Source of the DNA: Elusimicrobiota bacterium
GTDB taxonomy: Bacteria; Elusimicrobiota; Elusimicrobia; Elusimicrobiales; UBA9959
Direction: 5' to 3'
Assembly: GCA_037137395.1 (NCBI GenBank)
Contig: JBAXKK010000003.1
Span: 541 to 64,540 of the forward strand
DNA: 64,000 nt
The notes under the pieces were generated by a model. That model did no database searches. It saw only the letters and a program-made list of their open reading frames with translations, and was not told where the DNA came from. Shown here piece by piece: positions 25,152 to 34,112 of this stretch; position 1 is the first letter of the stretch; each line of letters starts with the position of its first letter. Made by a program: the position numbers and the translations under genes.

Positions 25152-26672
25152 TTATTTCGCGCAGCCGGCGCCGGTCGATCCCTGCGCCGTAACTTTTTCA
25201 AAACCCGGAATCTTGGCAAGCTCTCCCACTCCCACCGCGAACAGCCTTCCTTCCCACAGGAAAGAGGGCGAGGTGGTCATACCGAGATTGGCGGTGTATT
25301 TAAAATCTTCCGCCAGCAGGGCTTTCCCCGCCTCAAAACCGTCGGCCAGCGCGGCAGGGTTCAGCCCGGATTTTTTGGCCGCTTCTTCCCATTGCGTAGA
25401 CGTGATGTCTTTATTCCTCTCCAAAAGATAGGCGTTAAGCTTGGATGGAAATTTCGCAGCAATCACCAACTGGCGGACGTTCTCCTCCCACTCCGGGGTG
25501 CCATGAAGACTCTTAAAAGTGTATTGTCCGTCGGCGCCTTTCTCGGAGTCGCCGATATAATGTATTCGTATCTTCGTACCCTCCGGCAGGAGTTTTTTAT
25601 TCAGCGCGTCTATAATTCCGTTTTCGGCCGTCACGCCGTAAGGACACTGGGACATGACAAACACCTTTAACACACCCGGCTCATGTTTGGCGCCGGCATA
25701 AAGCCCTTTGCGCTGCTTGTCAAAATAGACCAGATATCCGTTATGTTCCGCGAACACCCCGGCTTTTATCTCCTGGGCGAGGACGGTGCGGGCGTTCTTG
25801 GTGTCCTCGATGACATAGGCGGGCAGAAAGTCAAGATCCGGAAAGCTGTTCACCCGCTCCGGGGAATCGTAATCCAGGATCACGGGCTTTATACCGGAGA
25901 AATATTTGCTGAACACATCCACCAACGTGTCGCTTTTTTCCACGCCGGAGCTTATAACTATCCAGAACTTGGGAGCAGGCGCGCTGGCAGCCAGCGGGGC
26001 CGCGGCCGTTTTCGGCATGGCAACGCGCTTTTCTCCGGGCAACTGGCTGTTGACCATCTCAAAGAGAGTTAAAAGCCTGGGCCCGCCCTCGTATTTCTTG
26101 CCGTTCACCAGGACCGCTGTGCCAGTAACTCCGGCCTTTTTTACGCGGTCGTACACTTTCCCCATCAGCTCATCTCCGCTCTTAGCGACCTTCGCCTCCA
26201 GCTCCTCGGGAGGTATGCCACAGAAAATAGCGGCGTCGCGCCAGCCGTCGGCCCAGGGGCTCAGAGATCTTGCGTTAAGGTAGCCCGAAAGCTTGGCGCC
26301 GTAAAATTTTGCAACCGCAGCTATCCGCATGGACTCGGCTATCTCGGCAGCCCCGCGCTTCGATTCCCATTCGCCTTTATCGTTCCTGGCGAGCAGAGGA
26401 TACACGCTCATCTCCACGGAAGGCAGCCGCCTTCGCACGGCATCGCCCAGAAAGAACCACTGCCAGCCGGCGCCGTCCATGCTCTCGAAAAAGATCTCCA
26501 GTTTCACCCCGCTCTTCTGCCCGCTATTTGTCGGCTCAGTTGCAACCGGCAAATTAGCTTTCTTCGCGCTCTGAGCGACAGGGGCGGGGGTAACACCTTC
26601 TACCGCCGTGCTGGAAACGGTCGCCATACACAGAAGCGTCAGGACCAGAGGAGCGGCTTTTAATAGTTTCAC
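25152..26672 (-). CDS. secreted multi-domain thioredoxin-fold / DsbA-like protein
   Basis: A GTG start at 26672 (SD GGAAGGGA) overlaps the CheY stop as GTGA. Signal peptide VKLLKAAPLVLTLLCMATVSS. The C-terminal domain has VFVMSQCPYGV and a DsbA-like tail (MTTSPSFLWEGRLF). The upstream domains lack the Cys motif. Confidence 0.5.
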   Translation of the reverse strand: MKLLKAAPLVLTLLCMATVSSTAVEGVTPAPVAQSAKKANLPVATEPTNSGQKSGVKLEIFFESMDGAGWQWFFLGDAVRRRLPSVEMSVYPLLARNDKGEWESKRGAAEIAESMRIAAVAKFYGAKLSGYLNARSLSPWADGWRDAAIFCGIPPEELEAKVAKSGDELMGKVYDRVKKAGVTGTAVLVNGKKYEGGPRLLTLFEMVNSQLPGEKRVAMPKTAAAPLAASAPAPKFWIVISSGVEKSDTLVDVFSKYFSGIKPVILDYDSPERVNSFPDLDFLPAYVIEDTKNARTVLAQEIKAGVFAEHNGYLVYFDKQRKGLYAGAKHEPGVLKVFVMSQCPYGVTAENGIIDALNKKLLPEGTKIRIHYIGDSEKGADGQYTFKSLHGTPEWEENVRQLVIAAKFPSKLNAYLLERNKDITSTQWEEAAKKSGLNPAALADGFEAGKALLAEDFKYTANLGMTTSPSFLWEGRLFAVGVGELAKIPGFEKVTAQGSTGAGCAK

Positions 26673-27046
26673 TTTCCCTTCCTTGAGAGAAGCTGTCGGA
26701 TGCGCAGGCACAGCTCCTGAATATCGAACGGCTTTGTAAGGTATTCGTCCGCGCCGAGCGAGAAACCCTGTGTTTTTTCCTCCGCGGAGAGGAACCGGCC
26801 CGTCATCATTATAAGAATGAAATCCTTGGAGTAGCGTCTCAGTTCCTGACATATCTGAAAGCCGCTGGAATCAGGAAGCTGAATATCCATGATCACAACG
26901 TCGGGGGTGTGCTTCTTGGCCGATTCAATGCCGGACTTGGCGTTTCCGGCCTGAAGGCAGTCAAAACCCTCAAGGTCCAGGACCTCGGCCAGGCTTTCCC
27001 TCAGATGGGCGTCGTCATCAATAACCAGAATTTTTTTACCGGACAT
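26669..27046 (-). CDS. single-domain CheY-like response regulator
   Basis: KKILVIDDDAHL...DVVIMDIQLPDSSG...IMMTG...GADEYLTKPF; all canonical receiver residues are present. Confidence 0.9.
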   Translation of the reverse strand: MSGKKILVIDDDAHLRESLAEVLDLEGFDCLQAGNAKSGIESAKKHTPDVVIMDIQLPDSSGFQICQELRRYSKDFILIMMTGRFLSAEEKTQGFSLGADEYLTKPFDIQELCLRIRQLLSRKGK

Positions 27047-27070
27047 AATTAAAACCCTCCGTAAAACACA

Positions 27071-27132
27071 GAATTAAGGATTCAGCGGCAAGCGATTCTC
27101 ATTCCTTACTGCCTACTCCCTGCTACTTACTG
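27071..27132. repeat. intercistronic imperfect inverted repeat, AAGGATT word family
   Basis: gaattaaggattcagcggcaagcg / attctcattccttactgcctactccctgctacttactg. Confidence 0.6.
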
Positions 27133-27141
27133 TTTTTTATT

Positions 27142-27918
27142 TCACTTCGCAGGCACAAGTTTATAGCCCACACAGGGCACAGTGTGCACATACTTAGCAG
27201 CCTTCCCCATCTTGGACCTCAGGCGGCGGACGTGGACATCCACGGTACGGGGCGAACCAAAATAGTTATATCCCCAGACGCGCTCAATAAGATAGGGGCG
27301 CGAGAGCACGCGATTGGGCGAGCTCAGAAACACATACAGCAGGTCGAATTCCTTGGCAGTGACCGTGATCTCCTTGTTGGCTATTTTTACGGTGTAACTG
27401 GACATATTGATTTCGACTTCGTTCAGCTTAAGAACCTCATCCGGCTGGGTGCTTACAGTGCGACGAACCACCGCTCGGATGCGGGCGATGCTTTCGTGCA
27501 GGTCCTGATTATAACTAAGGCACTCATCCGCTCCCAGTTGAAAAAAAGCCAGTTTATAGCTGATCTTGGGCGCCTGATGGGCATTATGGCCGCCGTGAGC
27601 GCCATGCCCGTGCTGAACCAAGCTCTCAAGGGTCAGGCCGGACGGCATGTGTTCAAGATAGGTATCCGGCGATTCTAGCATAGCAATGACCGGAATATTT
27701 TTATTTTTCGCGCGGAGATTTTTGAGGAAAGTGAGCCCTTCCTCGTCCGAAAGGTTCTGCCCGATGATGACCAAATCGAAAGATTTTTCAGCCAGCATGC
27801 CCATTACTTCCCGTGCTCTGTGGGCGGTCATGACCGAATAACCCTGCCGGTTAAGCATCTCGAGTATAAGCGAGGCCCGGGAAAAGTCTTTTGCGGCAAA
27901 AATAACATTAATTTTCAC
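27142..27918 (-). CDS. OmpR/PhoB-type winged-helix regulator with a degenerate (pseudo) receiver domain and a His-rich insertion
   Basis: C-terminal Trans_reg_C region (LSRPYLIERVWGYNYFGSPRTVDVHVRRLRSKMG...VGYKL). In the receiver, the DD pair is replaced by AAKD, the phospho-acceptor context DLVIIGQNL has Gly where Asp is expected, and KPF is absent. Insertion HGHGAHGGHNAH. Confidence 0.75.
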   Translation of the reverse strand: MKINVIFAAKDFSRASLILEMLNRQGYSVMTAHRAREVMGMLAEKSFDLVIIGQNLSDEEGLTFLKNLRAKNKNIPVIAMLESPDTYLEHMPSGLTLESLVQHGHGAHGGHNAHQAPKISYKLAFFQLGADECLSYNQDLHESIARIRAVVRRTVSTQPDEVLKLNEVEINMSSYTVKIANKEITVTAKEFDLLYVFLSSPNRVLSRPYLIERVWGYNYFGSPRTVDVHVRRLRSKMGKAAKYVHTVPCVGYKLVPAK

Positions 27919-28081
27919 ATTATCTCCATGCGGCTATTCCAGCTACGCCATAAGCCCTATCTTTAGGCCATACGCAGAAACCTTATGTTAGGCCTTAAGA
28001 ACCTCCTTAAAAGCCTATGGCTTATAGCGGGCGCGGCGCCTTTATGGCTTACGGCTATATTTTTTTGCGACAGCAAAAAAA

Positions 28082-28381
28082 TTACTCGTGTTCGTGTATC
28101 TCTTCGATGTCGAAAGAAACGCCTTTCATTCCAAGAACGCCGGTCAGGATATTGTACAGGAAAGATACAAACACCATAAGCGCGGAAACGATCACGACAT
28201 ATAAAAGCGCGAAAAGCCCTATAGACATCATTTTAGCGCCGATGTTCATCGGCTCTATTTGCGGGTTGGGAACTACCATAAACGTCACTATCCCCCCCAG
28301 AACAGCCAGCGCAAACACTACAAGGGGCACCGATGAGGTTATAAGAGAAGCGACGCTAATGTTTCTGATTTCAAGTTTCAT
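28082..28381 (-). CDS. small two-TM membrane protein (99 aa)
   Basis: MKLEIRNISVASLITSSVPLVVFALAVLGGIV...IGLFALLYVVIVSALMVFVSFLY; ATG 28381 is preceded by GGAGG. Confidence 0.5.
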   Translation of the reverse strand: MKLEIRNISVASLITSSVPLVVFALAVLGGIVTFMVVPNPQIEPMNIGAKMMSIGLFALLYVVIVSALMVFVSFLYNILTGVLGMKGVSFDIEEIHEHE

Positions 28382-28675
28382 GCAAGCCTCCATAATAAAA
28401 ACGCCGGATAGACGCCCGCCCCGCTCTTTTGTCCGCACAATTAAATCCATGCAGCCCGGGCTCAAGATTAACGCCCGACACACAGGACAAAAAGGCGGGC
28501 CTGCGGGGCGCCTGCTTAGTAGATATTATTTTAGCAATTATTTTCTGGAAATAAACGAGAATATCATGAACAAAAGTTGGGAAAGTTACGGGGGCTGCTG
28601 GTTCCTGTTTTCAAACTCTTAATACCGCCGCACCCTGGAGAATTCGCAAACGCTGAAACCCTCAACCGGCTTAAG

Positions 28676-29791
28676 CTACATAGTTATACCCGGTTTCGGA
28701 TAGAACATTATAAGCGTGCGATTCATCTCTGAAGTCTCGCCCACGTGCAGAACCTTGACATTAAGGCTCTGGCCGCGAAACACTGTCTCACCCTCAACAG
28801 GCTGGTTGGGTGTTTCAAAAGCCTGGCCCACGAGGCGCAGGAGGTTCTGCTGTTGGCTGTCAACCACGTCCAATAGGTGAATGTTTTTGGCGTCCCCGCC
28901 CCCGGCGAGCTCAAAATTAGCGTATAGGATATTATTATTCTCGTCGACCACTATCACATATTCGCTTCCCGGCACTATAATGCTTAAAAGGGACCGCCAC
29001 CAGTTTTGTTCGGCGTCCTTGTATTTACGGTCCCTGTTCACAATACCGTCTATCTCCACCTTCATCTTGCTCAGCAGCCGGGCGATGGCGTCGGCCAGAT
29101 CCCCAATCTCGTCTTTTTTTGACGGAAAACGCAGATCAAAGTTTTTAAGCGAGATGGTCTCCACGCTATCTCGGAGAGTCTCCATAGGAGAGATGATGAA
29201 ATGATGGAGGAAGAAGTAGAGGGGCAGGCCCAGCAGGAACAGAACGCCGATGGCGCCGAAAACATATTTGCGCATAGCAACGCCGATCAGGATGTCGGCG
29301 CCGGCCTTGGACACCAATACGTCTATTATGCCGATAATCTCCCCCCGCACGGAAAAGGGGATGGCAATTTCATAAAAAGGCTCTTTTGGCACCTGCCGGA
29401 CCTTGGGCAGTTTTGAAAGATACGCCTGGCCGATAGCATCGGTGGGCGGAGGATAGTCCTTCTGAAAATCGGCCCAAGCCATGCCGATAAAACGAGATTG
29501 CTTATGCCAGCGCACCGTGCCCGCGCGGCTCAGATAAATAACGGAGGCGATGCGCTCGTCTTTAACGAGCGACTGCATTATGTCGTATTCTCCGAATGAT
29601 ATAATCCTGGGGTTCTTGAGAAGTCCGTTGCGCATCGTGGGGGCGTAGACCCTCACAGTCTCAGTGATATCCTTTTTCAGCTTCTCGTCAAAAGTCCATT
29701 TAAAAAGGTTGTAATAGAAAACCCCTCCCAGACAAAGGACATAAATGCCGATCCCGGTAAACCATAAAAGCCATTTAATAGTAAGCCGCAT
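28676..29791 (-). CDS. membrane sensor with periplasmic domain, HAMP and PAS-like C-terminus, no recognisable output domain
   Basis: TM1 WLLWFTGIGIYVLCLGGVFYY, TM2 GAIGVLFLLGLPLYFFL, HAMP ISPMETLRDSVETISLKNFDLRFPSKKDEIGDLADAIARLLSKM. Start set at ATG 29791 behind GGAAGG. Confidence 0.65.
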   Translation of the reverse strand: MRLTIKWLLWFTGIGIYVLCLGGVFYYNLFKWTFDEKLKKDITETVRVYAPTMRNGLLKNPRIISFGEYDIMQSLVKDERIASVIYLSRAGTVRWHKQSRFIGMAWADFQKDYPPPTDAIGQAYLSKLPKVRQVPKEPFYEIAIPFSVRGEIIGIIDVLVSKAGADILIGVAMRKYVFGAIGVLFLLGLPLYFFLHHFIISPMETLRDSVETISLKNFDLRFPSKKDEIGDLADAIARLLSKMKVEIDGIVNRDRKYKDAEQNWWRSLLSIIVPGSEYVIVVDENNNILYANFELAGGGDAKNIHLLDVVDSQQQNLLRLVGQAFETPNQPVEGETVFRGQSLNVKVLHVGETSEMNRTLIMFYPKPGITM

Positions 29792-29897
29792 AATAAAACC
29801 TTCCAGGCGATCCACCGCCCACAGTCAGTCAGGAACTATCTAATTCTACAAAACACGCATTTCAAAATTATTACGAAACAATGAATAAACAACCTCC

Positions 29898-29930
29898 CCA
29901 AAAAACAGAGCCGCCTATCAGGCGGCCCCC
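29898..29930 (-). terminator. intrinsic terminator closing the Tad operon
   Basis: Minus-strand RNA reads GCCGCC-UGAUA-GGCGGC followed by UCUGUUUUUUGG, 115 nt after the TPR gene stop. Confidence 0.75.
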
Positions 29931-30044
29931 CCACAGAAAGCGGTCACGGATAATAATCAGCCTCAAAGCTGCAGCTGCAATTTCGCGGCAAACCTACAAC
30001 CGAATCCCCCGCCCTAACTCGGTCACTAACCACTATCCACTGTC

Positions 30045-31385
30045 TTATTGCCCGCCGGCCTGATATTGCTCTATACGCTTCATACCGGCCTCGGCGTCAG
30101 AATTACCGGGATCCAATTGCTTGGCGATAGTCCACTCATCAAGGGCTTTTTCGTAGTTGGAATTTTGAAAATATTTCAAGCCTTCAAGGTAATGCTGCTG
30201 CGATGACAGCCGGTTCTCCTCAGTCGGGCCCTGGGCTTTGACGGGGCCATCCACGGAAGTTCCCTTTCGCTTGGCGTCCTCTTCCGCTTTTTTGCGCTCA
30301 GCCTCTTCATTCTTCCGCCGCTCTTCCTCATCTTTCGCGCGTTTCGCGGCCTCTTCAGAGCGGCGGCGTTTTTCTTCAGCTTCAAGGCGCATCTGTTCTC
30401 TGGCGCGGGAGATCAGCTTGTCGAGATAGGTGAGGTTTGCGGTGTAAGGCTTGGCTGTGCTCCACTCCCCTATAGCGTCGGTATATCTCCTCTCGCCGTA
30501 AAATTTTTTACCGCGCCCGATATAGCCCTGCTCTATTTCACTCTTAACCTCAGTCAGCAGCTTATTGGCTTTGGAATCGCCAGGCTGGATTTCCAGCACG
30601 CTCTTTAAACCTTCGTAAGCGTCCCGGAGCTTGCCCTGGGCGTAATATTCCAGCGCGCCCTTCAGCTTCTCGTTGGCTGACTCCTGACGAAGCTCGTCCT
30701 CAACCCTGGTAATATATTCCACGACCCTGGAATCTCTGGGCTTAATCAGCAGTGCGTTATAAAAATTATCCAGGGCCATTTTCAGGTCGCGCCTGGCGTA
30801 GAGATGAGAGCCTTTCTGAAAATAATAGTCGCGCAGGTCATCCTTCATCTTGGCCAGCCAGTATTTTGCCTTGATGTTGTTCGGGGAAAGCTTTACTACC
30901 TCTTCCATCTTCTTATGAGCGTCCAGGATCCTGCCCTCGTTGTACAGTGAGAGGGCGCTCTTAAAGCGGTCCTCCAGCATAAGTTTCTCGGATATGCCCG
31001 GGCGCAAAGAGCCGCGAAGCTGATTGGACGCCTCCAGCAGCATGCCGGCGTCCTCAAAATTGGGATCTATGGAAAGGATCTTATTCGCCAGATCGCGCGC
31101 GTCCTCGTAGTTTCCGGCGCGATAATAGTTGAAGGCGTTCTCATAAACATTCATGAGCATCTTGGATTGGATCTTAGCCTTTTCCAGCCTTATGGTCTCA
31201 ATAAAACGTTTTTTCTCCGAAAGCTCGCTCAGTGAACCCAAGCCGGTTTTCTGCAGATCAAGAAAAAGGGACTCCTCACTCTTCACCCGGGCTTTCTCCT
31301 GAGCGAAGGCGGCGGATTGGTGCAGGCACAAAAGCACGAAGGCGCAAAAACACGAGGTGACGGCATTCCTGACAAGATTTTTCAT
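30045..31385 (-). CDS. secreted TPR-repeat protein (TadD-like position) with a charged E/R/K helix
   Basis: Signal peptide; multiple TPR-like repeats (YYRAGNYEDARDLANKILSIDPN, LYNEGRILDAHKKMEEVVKLSPNN, YFQNSNYEKALDEWTIAKQLDPGN); an EAEEKRRRSEEAAKRAKDEEERRKNEEAERKKAEED segment. Confidence 0.75.
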   Translation of the reverse strand: MKNLVRNAVTSCFCAFVLLCLHQSAAFAQEKARVKSEESLFLDLQKTGLGSLSELSEKKRFIETIRLEKAKIQSKMLMNVYENAFNYYRAGNYEDARDLANKILSIDPNFEDAGMLLEASNQLRGSLRPGISEKLMLEDRFKSALSLYNEGRILDAHKKMEEVVKLSPNNIKAKYWLAKMKDDLRDYYFQKGSHLYARRDLKMALDNFYNALLIKPRDSRVVEYITRVEDELRQESANEKLKGALEYYAQGKLRDAYEGLKSVLEIQPGDSKANKLLTEVKSEIEQGYIGRGKKFYGERRYTDAIGEWSTAKPYTANLTYLDKLISRAREQMRLEAEEKRRRSEEAAKRAKDEEERRKNEEAERKKAEEDAKRKGTSVDGPVKAQGPTEENRLSSQQHYLEGLKYFQNSNYEKALDEWTIAKQLDPGNSDAEAGMKRIEQYQAGGQ

Positions 31386-31410
31386 AAAAATTTCCGCCTC
31401 TCCACTGCCG

Positions 31411-32304
31411 CTAGAACGGCATTCCGCCGGTCATCAGGTCCGCTATCATAGGCGACAGCATCAGGATGAACACGGTCGGGAAGATAAAGATAAATAAAGG
31501 GATAAGCATTTTGGTAGAGGCCTGGGCCGCGAGCTTTTCAGCTTTATTCAGACGGCGAAAGCGCATATCCGCAGAGTAGTTGCGCAGAAGCTCCACCAGG
31601 CTGGTGCCCAGCTCGTCCGACTGGATAACCAGGCCCACGAAAGAGCGCACTTCCTGCAGACCCGTCCGCATGGAAAAACGCCTGAGCGCGTCCCGCCTTG
31701 AATAACCCAGCTGAACCTCGTTAATGGTTCGCTCCACCTCAATTTCCAGGCAGGTCTTGATTGGCACGATCTTGACGATCCGGTCAAAAGCGCTCATATA
31801 ATCGAGCCCGGATTCTATCATCAGCGCGGCAAGATCAACGAAGGTCGGGAAATTATGAACGATGTCCTGCTGGCGGGCCCGTATCTTAGGGGAATAATAA
31901 AACACGTCCGGCAGCAGGAAACCAAGCGGAGCGAAGATGATTACGAAATAAGAATCTGTCAAAACATAAAAGATCACGGGCAGGGCCGCGGCCAGCATCA
32001 TCTTGATATGAAGCATCTTAAGCGGGTCGGTATGCACCGGCCGGCCCAGGAGCATATACCGCTCTTCCAGCTTTTTCTCCAGCCCCAGGCCCCTCGCGAA
32101 GAACAGGTCCAGCTTGTCCCAGAAATTTTTGCTCTCCTCCAGCTTTGAAAAAACCGAAACTTCCTTGCCCTCCATATCGCTGACGTCACCTATGGCCGAA
32201 CGCTCCTCCTCTCTGGGAGCAAAGAAGCGCTGCACGGCCGCGGCAACAGCGAAAGATCCGAAGATAGCGAGAAACACCAGAAAATATTTTGTAAAAGCAT
32301 CCAT
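31411..32304 (-). CDS. tadC: Tad pilus inner-membrane platform protein, T2SS-F family (TadC-like)
   Basis: T2SSF-like core FPTFVDLAALMIESGLDYMSAFDRIV...LLRNYSADMRFRR...; 3-4 TM segments. Confidence 0.8.
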   Translation of the reverse strand: MDAFTKYFLVFLAIFGSFAVAAAVQRFFAPREEERSAIGDVSDMEGKEVSVFSKLEESKNFWDKLDLFFARGLGLEKKLEERYMLLGRPVHTDPLKMLHIKMMLAAALPVIFYVLTDSYFVIIFAPLGFLLPDVFYYSPKIRARQQDIVHNFPTFVDLAALMIESGLDYMSAFDRIVKIVPIKTCLEIEVERTINEVQLGYSRRDALRRFSMRTGLQEVRSFVGLVIQSDELGTSLVELLRNYSADMRFRRLNKAEKLAAQASTKMLIPLFIFIFPTVFILMLSPMIADLMTGGMPF

Positions 32305-32474
32305 ATAAATCTTTCCTTAACACACCACGCGGCAATTATTTGCCATATGCCGTAAGCCATTGGCTATACGCAAAAAACAAAAGAACTTCCGGACATATCC
32401 TGGGCTTATACGCCCGACAGCGAACCAATAGCTGTGTCTAAACTTATGAGATCATAGCGCGGAGCTCTATGATC

Positions 32475-34082
32475 TTACACCTTTATCTTGCCCAGGCTTG
32501 ATACCACTTTCATACCGATGGCTATCCAGATAGCGCAGCCGACGAAAACGCCCATGCCCAGCGGGGTACTGTAAAATTTCATCATCGTGTCGGGCTGGAA
32601 AACAAACATGACGCCGACCATAACCCAGGGCATAATACCTACCACTATGGACTGGATGCGCTGCTGCGCCGTCATCGCTTTTGTCTTTTCCTCAAGTTTT
32701 GATTCCTCGCGTATATCTATAACTATGCGCTCAAAAACCTTGGTCAGGTTACCGCCCATCTGCCGCTGCAGCACTATCGCGCGGATCATATAGGAAAGCA
32801 TCTTGCTGGAAACACGATCCTCCATACCGCCAAGAGCGCGCTCAAAGGGTGTGCCCAGTTGGTAATTCTTAATAACGAGAGCAAACTCGTCTGAAATGGG
32901 TGGCAGAAGGTCCTTTGAAACCATATCGAAACCCTGCACTATATCCAGACCAGAACGCAGAGCGTTGGCTAAAAGGATCAGCGCGTCCATCAGCTGAGTG
33001 TCAATCTTGAGACCGCGCCGCAGCTTCATGGAGTTCAAAACATAGGTGGGAGTCTTAAGCCCGACAACCATCCCCAGTGCGGTCAGGACAATGAACACCG
33101 GCAGGTTGAAGCTCAACAGGCCGGCCAGCGCGAAAAGTCCGGCCGGGATAAAAACAAGATAGTGCACTTTTATATCAATAAACTGCCTGGAAAAAGCATC
33201 GCTCCACTTGTCGACTTTTGTGGAGTAGTCGGCAACCATTTTATCCGTCTTCTCCTCGTTCATCATGAAATAAAGCCTGACCGACAAGAAGACTAGCAGA
33301 ATACCCAGAACCGTGGCCGCGGTAAGGATTGCCTGTTGGGATTTGGAGGGAGTCAGAGGTGGCGAATAGGCGCGCGGCGCCCTGAAAAGCAGGCTGAAGG
33401 AGTCCTGGCTCAGGACGGAGATGGCGGCGACCGCCTCGGCGTATCGCTGCTGGTCCGCGCTTGAAATCGCATCAGATATGCTCTCCATCTCTTTTAATAT
33501 AAGATTGAAGACGGCGAGCATTGTCCGTCCGCGGCCATTCATGGAATCGTAACGCTTGGCCCGGTAAAGCCGGTCCAGAGACATCTGAAAGCGTATCCGG
33601 ATATCCGCGTATTCCTTTACAAGCAGACCCGGAGAAATCTCAACTCCCTTTTCTTCGCGCGGAAAAGTCTTTTTTGTCAGTTCCAGGAACTCATAAAGAA
33701 TGGAGACCGGCGTCTGCCAGAGTGACGCTTCAGAAATTTCACCTTCCTCAGGGTCGCGCCATACCTTATTATTAAGCATGACGGGAACGGCCGTCTCCAC
33801 CCATTTAGGCATCTTAATATTGATAGTCGCGCCTTTGCACTTGATGGGGTAATCGCTGAGCCTGGGGTCGTGTTCAGGGGCCAGATAATAATAGAAAAGC
33901 TGCATTTTGGTGGCCGCGCAGGTGACCTCAGCCATCTGATTTTTGGCCAGAACTCCCGCGTCAAGCGAGGGGACAGGGGTCAGGGTACAGGGCAGAGGGC
34001 AGAGAGCGGCAAAAACAAAAAGAACGCCAATGAAACGCTTTTTACATGGCGCGATTAGGTTTGATAATCTGAAAATATTCAT
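32475..34082 (-). CDS. tadB: TadB-like T2SS-F platform protein with ~240-aa extra N-terminal exported domain
   Basis: The C-terminal ~290 aa is T2SSF-like (LMDALILLANALRSGLDIVQGFDMV...VLQRQMGGNLTKVFERI). The N-terminal part has a signal-like segment and matches no family I recognise. Confidence 0.75.
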   Translation of the reverse strand: MNIFRLSNLIAPCKKRFIGVLFVFAALCPLPCTLTPVPSLDAGVLAKNQMAEVTCAATKMQLFYYYLAPEHDPRLSDYPIKCKGATINIKMPKWVETAVPVMLNNKVWRDPEEGEISEASLWQTPVSILYEFLELTKKTFPREEKGVEISPGLLVKEYADIRIRFQMSLDRLYRAKRYDSMNGRGRTMLAVFNLILKEMESISDAISSADQQRYAEAVAAISVLSQDSFSLLFRAPRAYSPPLTPSKSQQAILTAATVLGILLVFLSVRLYFMMNEEKTDKMVADYSTKVDKWSDAFSRQFIDIKVHYLVFIPAGLFALAGLLSFNLPVFIVLTALGMVVGLKTPTYVLNSMKLRRGLKIDTQLMDALILLANALRSGLDIVQGFDMVSKDLLPPISDEFALVIKNYQLGTPFERALGGMEDRVSSKMLSYMIRAIVLQRQMGGNLTKVFERIVIDIREESKLEEKTKAMTAQQRIQSIVVGIMPWVMVGVMFVFQPDTMMKFYSTPLGMGVFVGCAIWIAIGMKVVSSLGKIKV

Positions 34083-34112
34083 ACCAAAAGAATCCTTACA
34101 CCACCCTATATC

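Noticed and set aside
28062-28083. TTTTTTTGC-GACA-GCAAAAAAA as a terminator after the small membrane protein gene
   Set aside because: The stem is almost entirely A-T with two G-C pairs, which is too weak to call. I noted it only as a palindrome.
28017-28622. 201-aa plus-strand ORF opposite the small membrane protein gene
   Set aside because: It begins inside the GCCTATGGC word block and has Ser/Arg/Ile-rich low-quality composition. The minus-strand 99-aa frame has a GGAGG SD and two clean TM helices.
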